This document shows positions 57,698 through 64,000 of a stretch of DNA of 64,000 nt, piece after piece. The translations under genes and the position numbers were made by a program. Under the pieces are notes generated by a model. The model saw only the letters and a list, made by a program, of their open reading frames with translations, ran no database searches and had not been told where the DNA came from. Every line of letters starts with the position of its first letter. Within the stretch, counting starts at the first letter, position 1. Origin of the DNA: a virus; the IMG/VR virus record IMGVR_UViG_3300008050_000024, positions 1 through 64,000 of that record. One strand, given 5' to 3'.

Positions 57698-58189
57698 ATG
57701 GGAAGTGAAACGAAGGTTCCACCGCCCTCCGGGGCAATGCATAAAGCATTCCGTGATTTCTTTTCTGAAAACCCAGAAATGAAGGACATAAAATCTACGG
57801 ACATTATCACGACGGCAATGAACCTCCCATCCAATCGCTGGGACTTAGCCTTAGAACTACTTAGGCGAGAACGGGACAAACAAGAAAGAGAAGACGCTGA
57901 ACTAGAAAACACGTTCAAACTCCTGGAAAATTATGCAAAAAACCACGACAGGGGTTGCTACCTCTTCAACTATACAGCTTGGAACGCTGTAAAGTATTTA
58001 CAAAAAACGAAGGAAGAGCCTATTGCTCATCCTTTTGGAATGGGGGCTGTATTTCTCCCGGACGAATTTGATGCTCTATTCACAGTAGAGTACATGCTTG
58101 AAAGTTATTTTATTGAAACGCCCTGTAGTTTACACCCAGGGGTTAAGTTAGTATCACTGTCCTCAAAAGGACATGCTTGGGCCAGATAA
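57698..58189 (+). CDS. Hypothetical protein
   Basis: Operon packing. Confidence 0.6.
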   Translation: MGSETKVPPPSGAMHKAFRDFFSENPEMKDIKSTDIITTAMNLPSNRWDLALELLRRERDKQEREDAELENTFKLLENYAKNHDRGCYLFNYTAWNAVKYLQKTKEEPIAHPFGMGAVFLPDEFDALFTVEYMLESYFIETPCSLHPGVKLVSLSSKGHAWAR

Positions 58190-58944
58190 GGAGGATCCAA
58201 CAAATGGAAAGAGCTAAAGAAAAAGGCACAGAACAAACCAAAGAGGCACCAAAAGTTCCGGAAGGGGAAAGAGAGATAACGCTATCAGAAGGTTACTCCT
58301 TAATGGAAACGGGTAATGCGATGATGCTCCACTATGCCGGAGGCGCATTCTTATCCGCTATACCTAAAGGCGAAGTGCCTGAAGGCTTCGAAACCCGGGA
58401 ACACTTTGTAGAGGCTACGAAAAGAAAAGCTAAGATGACACAAATAATCATGGATCATCTGGAAAGTCTTACCAAGCAAATCATCGGCGTAGTACACAGA
58501 ACCAAAATTACCATCCCAGGAGAGCCCGAACAGGTGTCCATTGCACAGGCTACATCTTTAATGGATTCTAAGTCCTGGGCGCAGAAACTCTACACTTCTT
58601 TGGAAAACCAGAGAGAGCAAACCAAAAAAGCGGGAGTGGAAGCCCAGGAAGAAATTCTTAAAGGGTTTGAAACCGCAGTTAAGGACTGGAGAAAAGGAGA
58701 ATCGGGCGGTGACCCTAAAGTAGCAACAGCGCTTGGAGAACTCCGAAAGACGTACCAAAACCAGTACCAGATAGACGTACTGGACCCAGCAGGCGTTGAT
58801 GCTTGGAAAGATCGCTTGAAGACAGTGTTTGTTTCTCACATTGTTCCAGTCAGCCGCGCCCTACAGGACTCAAAGGAAAACACGAAATTGCAGATCAGTG
58901 AGCTGACATACAATCTCCTCAAGGGCCTGATTTTACCAGCGTAA
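58177..58944 (+). CDS. Hypothetical helical protein
   Basis: 255-aa ORF. Confidence 0.65.
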   Translation: MGQIRRIQQMERAKEKGTEQTKEAPKVPEGEREITLSEGYSLMETGNAMMLHYAGGAFLSAIPKGEVPEGFETREHFVEATKRKAKMTQIIMDHLESLTKQIIGVVHRTKITIPGEPEQVSIAQATSLMDSKSWAQKLYTSLENQREQTKKAGVEAQEEILKGFETAVKDWRKGESGGDPKVATALGELRKTYQNQYQIDVLDPAGVDAWKDRLKTVFVSHIVPVSRALQDSKENTKLQISELTYNLLKGLILPA

Positions 58945-58970
58945 TTTTTCATCTTTAAAAAAGGACATAC

Positions 58971-61010
58971 ATGATAAACGACACACCTTGGTTATCGTTC
59001 AAACTCGACGATAGCTTTATCGCACAGTATACAGACATAAATCCCGATCTGGGATTTGACGGGCTTGGCGCTTTTGTTTTTGCCCGGACCTACAGCAGAT
59101 TAAAAGAAGACGGATCCAAGGAGTCGTTTGTCGATGTAATCCGAAGATGCGCGGAAGGAAGCTACTCCCTCCAAAAAGACCACATCATAAGCAACTGCTT
59201 AGGGTGGAACGAGGAAAAAGCACAGTTGAGTGCCCAGGTCATGTTTGATCATATGTACAATTTACGATTCCTGCCAGCAGGAAGAGGGTTGTGGATGATG
59301 GGAACTGAGTACGCACATACTCGGAATCCTATGGGGCTATTCAACTGTGCTTTTGTCTCTACCGAAGAAATTGAGATTGAATCAATCCGCCCATTCACTT
59401 TCCTGATGGATGTGTCGATGGTCGGCGTTGGTTGTGGGTTTGATACAAAAGGTGCAAACAAAATGAAAATGCACAAAGTGCAGAAGGACACTCCTCGAGG
59501 CACTTTTGTAATACCCGATTGCCGGGAAGGGTGGATTGATTCTTTAGCGCTTACAATGCGCCCCTATTTCACGGGCAATGATGCCACTTATGCTTTCGAC
59601 TATTCTAAAATAAGAAAGAAAGGAGAGCTTATTAAAGGGTTTGGCGGGATTGCTGGAGGGCACGAACCCTTAGAACAAATGCACAAGGACATTAAGGAGG
59701 TATTAGATCGCCGTAGCCTGTCCGAAAATCCACTTTTAACTTCCCGGGACATCGTAGACATCATGAATATGATAGGTTCCTGTGTAGTCGCCGGTTCAGT
59801 ACGCAGAACAGCCGAGATTGCTATCGGGGATCCCGACGATGAAGTTTTCCTAAATCTCAAAAATTATGACATAAACCCTGATCGCCAAAACTACGGTCGA
59901 TTCAGCAATAATTCCGTGTTTTCCACAGTCGGCATGAATTACTCGAAACTCGTCCCACGTACACTGGTCAACGGGGAACCGGGATACATTTGGTTAGACA
60001 ACGTGCAGGCCTACGGTCGAATGTGTGATCCTCCGGACTACCGAGATAGAAATGCCCGGGGTTGTAATCCCTGCGGAGAGCAATCACTCGAAAGCTGGGA
60101 AGTATGCAACCTTGTAGAAATCTTCCCACCAAATGTAGAGGATGAAGAGACGTTCATCGATGTTATCAAATATGCCTATCTTTACGGGAAGACAGTAACC
60201 CTGACCAAAACGCACATAGAGGAGACCAACCGAGTCCAGCACAAGAACAGAAGGATCGGTGTAGGCTTATCTGGCTTAGCTATTTTCCGAGAACAGCACG
60301 GCATCGACGCTATGGTACATTGGATGACCCGAGGCTACGGACGCATTAAGTATTATGATGACGTATATTCCAAATGGCTCGGGATCCCCTCATCCATAAA
60401 AACAACAACGATCAAGCCCTCTGGAACTGTGTCACTGGTTGCCGGCGTATCCGCAGGGATACACTACCCTCTATCCCCCTTTTACACAAAAAATATCCGG
60501 ATGTCCGATAACAACCCTTTGACACAATGGGCTAAGGATAGTGGCTTTAAAATTGAACCCGAGATCACACATGAGCAAAACGAAGAAGGAGATTGGGTCC
60601 CTACAGGGAAAAGCAAAGATACCGTAGTTATTTCTTTTCCTGTTAAGATGCCCAATACAAAAAACATGAGAGGACGTGGTGAAGTTTCAGTATGGGAACA
60701 ATTCAAATTGGTTGACCTCGCCCAACGCTATTGGAGTGATAATCAAGTCTCCTGTACAGTGTCCTTCCTAGACTCCGAAGAAGACGATGTTTTGCGAGCC
60801 CTGGAAATGTATGATCGAGACTTAAAGACAATCAGCTTTCTACGGTTTGATGCCGGGATATCTCCACAAATGCCGGAACAAGGGATATCCGAACAAGAGT
60901 ACGATACAATGATTAAAGATATCACCCTTAGACCCCTGTATGATTATGAACTAAAAGATGCAGAAGGCGAATTGGGATGCACTAAAGACACCTGCTCTTT
61001 GGATAACTAG
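58971..61010 (+). CDS. nrdJ: Class II (adenosylcobalamin-dependent) ribonucleotide reductase, monomeric RTPR-like
   Basis: RTYSR, PAGRGLW, FNC, GVGCGF, VRRTAE, NPCGEQ, IKPSGT, terminal CTKDTC; no beta subunit adjacent. Confidence 0.93.
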   Translation: MINDTPWLSFKLDDSFIAQYTDINPDLGFDGLGAFVFARTYSRLKEDGSKESFVDVIRRCAEGSYSLQKDHIISNCLGWNEEKAQLSAQVMFDHMYNLRFLPAGRGLWMMGTEYAHTRNPMGLFNCAFVSTEEIEIESIRPFTFLMDVSMVGVGCGFDTKGANKMKMHKVQKDTPRGTFVIPDCREGWIDSLALTMRPYFTGNDATYAFDYSKIRKKGELIKGFGGIAGGHEPLEQMHKDIKEVLDRRSLSENPLLTSRDIVDIMNMIGSCVVAGSVRRTAEIAIGDPDDEVFLNLKNYDINPDRQNYGRFSNNSVFSTVGMNYSKLVPRTLVNGEPGYIWLDNVQAYGRMCDPPDYRDRNARGCNPCGEQSLESWEVCNLVEIFPPNVEDEETFIDVIKYAYLYGKTVTLTKTHIEETNRVQHKNRRIGVGLSGLAIFREQHGIDAMVHWMTRGYGRIKYYDDVYSKWLGIPSSIKTTTIKPSGTVSLVAGVSAGIHYPLSPFYTKNIRMSDNNPLTQWAKDSGFKIEPEITHEQNEEGDWVPTGKSKDTVVISFPVKMPNTKNMRGRGEVSVWEQFKLVDLAQRYWSDNQVSCTVSFLDSEEDDVLRALEMYDRDLKTISFLRFDAGISPQMPEQGISEQEYDTMIKDITLRPLYDYELKDAEGELGCTKDTCSLDN

Positions 61011-61026
61011 ATTTCTATTAAATGTA

Positions 61027-61056
61027 TTGACCCAGCACACGACCTACATTTAACAT
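61027..61056 (+). promoter_or_regulatory. Sigma70-like promoter
   Basis: TTGACC-18-TAACAT followed by TAGTACAAAGTACAAA. Confidence 0.5.
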
Positions 61057-61082
61057 TAGTACAAAGTACAAAGGTTAATATA

Positions 61083-61472
61083 GTGTCTAATCATTTTAAA
61101 CCACAGTCCGATAGCATTGACCGCAAAAGGGTTACCATATTCCTTTCCGACGAAGGCATTCGAGATTTAATGGAAAGGCGAGCGGCCGAGGAAGGCGTGG
61201 AATTAAATGTCTGGATTCGTGAAGTCTTAAAAAGTGCAACAGGAAAAGAAACACAAAACACCAACGACATCACACGGAACTCGGCTGTATGGCAAGAAGT
61301 GATGACTAATGTGCTTACGGGTTCCTTTGATAAAATGCTATTCACAGATGTGCTGTGTAAAATGCTTATGGTACACTGTGATCCTGACCTGTGGAGTAAA
61401 TGTGTGTCCCTGTCATTAAAAACAATGATGACTAATAAAAAAGAAGGAGACGGCTGTGGTAAAGACTCTTGA
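61083..61472 (+). CDS. Ribbon-helix-helix protein
   Basis: KRVTIFLS...RRAAEEGVELNVWIREVL. Confidence 0.6.
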   Translation: MSNHFKPQSDSIDRKRVTIFLSDEGIRDLMERRAAEEGVELNVWIREVLKSATGKETQNTNDITRNSAVWQEVMTNVLTGSFDKMLFTDVLCKMLMVHCDPDLWSKCVSLSLKTMMTNKKEGDGCGKDS

Positions 61473-61654
61473 TGGCTTGTTGAAGAACAAGGAATTGTTC
61501 ACTGCTCCCGACAATCGGAAGAACCGCAGGAAAAAGCAACAAAAACTAAAAGCATCGCAACAAAAATTAAATGACCAAGCCCATCGAATCAATTTATTCG
61601 TACAACGGCGTGGAAAAGATCTACCAACTAATCTTGACGCAGGAGATAACAAAG

Positions 61655-62191
61655 ATGACGAAAACAACCCCGATAGAGATTCACTACCGAGACCTGGAAG
61701 TGAAGAAGATGTACATCGAAAACGGCGGAATTAAAACAGACGGATCAACCGGATTTGACCTCTTGCTTGAAAAAGACGTTCGTTTGCTGGGAACATCCGC
61801 ACTACTCCCTCCCACTTGGCGTCCCTTGCGATTCATGGCGGAATTCGGTGTTGTAGTTCGAGTACCCAGAGACACCACCCTCTTGCTTATGCCTCGTTCC
61901 TCTACGTTTAATCGTTACAATTTAATGCAGGGCAATTCCCTGGGATTGATTGATAACGACTACTGCGGAGAAGGCGACTTCCTAAAAACTACCTGCATTT
62001 GGTTTCCTCATATAGGAGAAGTGGGCGAGCAGGATGGCTTCCGAGAAATGCACAATCCAGAGAACCTCACAATTCCCAAAGGGACTGCCATGTTCCAATT
62101 GTTTTGTGTCAAAAAGTGCATGATCGAACTGATAGGCGATTTTACTCCCGACAATAAATCCCGGGGTGGTTTTGGGTCTACTGGAGTTTAA
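61655..62191 (+). CDS. dut: Trimeric dUTPase
   Basis: STGFDL, PRSS, GLIDNDYCG, Q, RGGFGSTG; ATG 61655 after AGGAG. Confidence 0.93.
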   Translation: MTKTTPIEIHYRDLEVKKMYIENGGIKTDGSTGFDLLLEKDVRLLGTSALLPPTWRPLRFMAEFGVVVRVPRDTTLLLMPRSSTFNRYNLMQGNSLGLIDNDYCGEGDFLKTTCIWFPHIGEVGEQDGFREMHNPENLTIPKGTAMFQLFCVKKCMIELIGDFTPDNKSRGGFGSTGV

Positions 62192-62195
62192 TCAT

Positions 62196-62858
62196 ATGAA
62201 TTTGCGCCGAACCTGCTATGAAGCAATGCACGACATCATTACCACGTTGGTGCGGTACGATGTGCACAAAGCACACGACATAGCCGAACCCTATCGTAAA
62301 AGCCTACAAAGTATGCCCATACTCGACAACACATACGACGGCAATCTGCTTATCCTTACTCTGTACTGGTCTTGGATCCCTGCCTTATGTTTTGACGAAG
62401 TATGTGCTAATAAAGCCATTGAGAAGTTAAGCCTAAAAAGAGGACGACTTTCTTTTAATATGCTAGAAGAAATGGCACAAGCCCAAGACATCGAAGAGCC
62501 TCCAAACCCCGAACAACAAAAAACAATAGAAGAAATGATGTGCCATCGTTGGGATGTTCAACACTATTTAAGAAGATCCGCTATGGGATTGCTTGAACAG
62601 TCGACTCGTGCACTTATCATAGGACTGACAGAACCCAGCAAGAGGATGCAAGCCTGGGTGCACAGACCTATGATGTTGGACAATGCGATATTCCTAGCAA
62701 ATACGTATAATTTCACCATAATGTCCCGCCTGGGATCACTGTGTGAACTAGGATCAAATCACATCATACAAAATAACAAGCGATACACTAAGGAAAAACT
62801 GCACACCAGATTAGAAAGCACAGTAGAAGAAAATGAAGCAAAGGAGTGTGCGAAATGA
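62196..62858 (+). CDS. Hypothetical protein
   Basis: ORF after GGAG. Confidence 0.6.
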   Translation: MNLRRTCYEAMHDIITTLVRYDVHKAHDIAEPYRKSLQSMPILDNTYDGNLLILTLYWSWIPALCFDEVCANKAIEKLSLKRGRLSFNMLEEMAQAQDIEEPPNPEQQKTIEEMMCHRWDVQHYLRRSAMGLLEQSTRALIIGLTEPSKRMQAWVHRPMMLDNAIFLANTYNFTIMSRLGSLCELGSNHIIQNNKRYTKEKLHTRLESTVEENEAKECAK

Positions 62859-63085
62859 CGACACCTACAATAGACAACAAAGTGAAACTGCCCGTAGCTA
62901 TTTTCTGCGATTCTGGGACAATGGCTAAATTCCGAAAGATTTGCAGAAAGAATAGATTTTCGTATTCTTTCATGTTGTACAAACTGATGATGATGTTCTG
63001 TTCAATGTCACAGGAGGACATAGATAAACTCATCCTTTTAAAGGCCGAAAATTCGGACGATCCGACTCCAGACACTACTACGTAA
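62846..63085 (+). CDS. Small basic protein, possibly RHH
   Basis: VAIFCD....KFRKIC pattern. Confidence 0.45.
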   Translation: MCEMTTPTIDNKVKLPVAIFCDSGTMAKFRKICRKNRFSYSFMLYKLMMMFCSMSQEDIDKLILLKAENSDDPTPDTTT

Positions 63086-63119
63086 GCAATTTAAGGATTC
63101 TTCACAAAATAAGACAGCC

Positions 63120-63797
63120 ATGTTTGACACAAAGCCTACATACCACAAAGGAACGTATCCCATGGACAGAATAACAGAACTTTTTCAACAAGTAATGGGC
63201 AAAGGCTACTCAGATCAACTGTTTCCCGATGGATCTACTCCGTATCTTCACCTGGAACTCCAAATGAAAATGTTTCAAGATACTCTAATCTACGGGTTAG
63301 ATTACATCTCATATCAAGCTATCCCTTCTCTAGCCCGCTTTTGTGGTTACATGGAAGGGATCATGGCCTGTGAACCTCCCAAAGAAGACACTGAGGCCAT
63401 CATCTATACAGTCAAAAAATACGCTCAAGTCTATCTACAACCTAACGAGTTAGCTACTTTTCAAAAGTATCAAACAGAAATAGCCCTCTGGTGTTCAACT
63501 GAGCCTCCGCCTGTTCCTGCCACAATAAACACCGACAGTGAACTCGTCCCATGGCTAAACTGGTTCTGCTCCCACATCACAACCATGTATGAAGATGCCC
63601 TAAAAAGAACGGGATATCCACCAGCGACTGTGGAACTTGTCATTCTAAGAGATTTTGTCAATGCACTTGTTTTTGGTCTTACTTCCAATACACTGTGCTG
63701 GTTAGAAGCTACCCCGTCTCTAGACCCGGCCGAGTTACAAGAACTATCGAACAGCCTCCAAACACCCAAAGAAACGAATGTCAGCATTGTAAACTAA
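63120..63797 (+). CDS. Hypothetical protein
   Basis: 225-aa ORF. Confidence 0.6.
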   Translation: MFDTKPTYHKGTYPMDRITELFQQVMGKGYSDQLFPDGSTPYLHLELQMKMFQDTLIYGLDYISYQAIPSLARFCGYMEGIMACEPPKEDTEAIIYTVKKYAQVYLQPNELATFQKYQTEIALWCSTEPPPVPATINTDSELVPWLNWFCSHITTMYEDALKRTGYPPATVELVILRDFVNALVFGLTSNTLCWLEATPSLDPAELQELSNSLQTPKETNVSIVN

Positions 63798-63807
63798 AGG
63801 ACATCGC

Positions 63808-64000
63808 ATGCCTACCAGAGAATACCTCAAAAGAGAAGGAAAACTGACTACAGAACAACGTGTGCTCGCTAATCTAAGCACTGTTACCTACATTGCTACA
63901 GACACATTAGCAAAACGAGTCCACAAAAGCGAACCCAGTGTCTTTGGTGTGCTGCAAAGACTATTAGCAGAAGGTAGAATAGAAAAGAAAAAAGAAGGAA
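63808..64000 (+). CDS. Winged-HTH protein, truncated by the window end
   Basis: LTTEQRVL...TLAKRVHKSEPSVFGVLQRLLAEGRI. Confidence 0.55.
   Translation, partial: MPTREYLKREGKLTTEQRVLANLSTVTYIATDTLAKRVHKSEPSVFGVLQRLLAEGRIEKKKEG

Noticed and set aside
1-64000. Stop-codon reassignment, inteins or tRNA genes
   Set aside because: Core genes are full length under code 11 with all three stops used; no intein-sized insertions with splice motifs and no cloverleaf were seen.

Overview
This window is a 64-kb segment of a large tailed dsDNA bacteriophage genome (standard genetic code, sigma70-type promoters) with one strand switch at ~22.3 kb. The left arm (1-22.3 kb, all minus strand) runs terS-terL-portal, three small genes, an ~820-nt densely base-paired non-coding element, a second structured leader, a ~1050-aa orphan and a long accessory array of small genes. 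That array carries repeated promoter/leader motifs, a type II hammerhead ribozyme, a captured AT-rich cassette splitting a Cys-rich gene, and pyrE. The right arm (22.4-64 kb, all plus strand) is DNA metabolism: two SNF2 helicases, a Toprim protein, DEDDh exonuclease, primase, SMUG-like UDG, a lambda-O-like initiator with internal iterons, a DnaC-like loader and DnaB. It continues with a 7-deazaguanine DNA-modification cluster (queD queE folE queC dpdA) that also holds an unexplained radical SAM/SPASM enzyme and a HAD phosphatase. After that come a beta clamp, UDG-fused PolA, clamp loader, gp32-like SSB, RecA, 5'-3' exonuclease, resolvase, split SbcC around SbcD, class II RNR and dUTPase. The best novelty candidates are (i) the radical SAM + HAD-extended deazaguanine pathway, possibly clamp-coupled through a shared K(G/S)FF motif, and (ii) the large structured RNA downstream of the packaging genes. 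All calls come from reading motifs by eye; no database searches were run.
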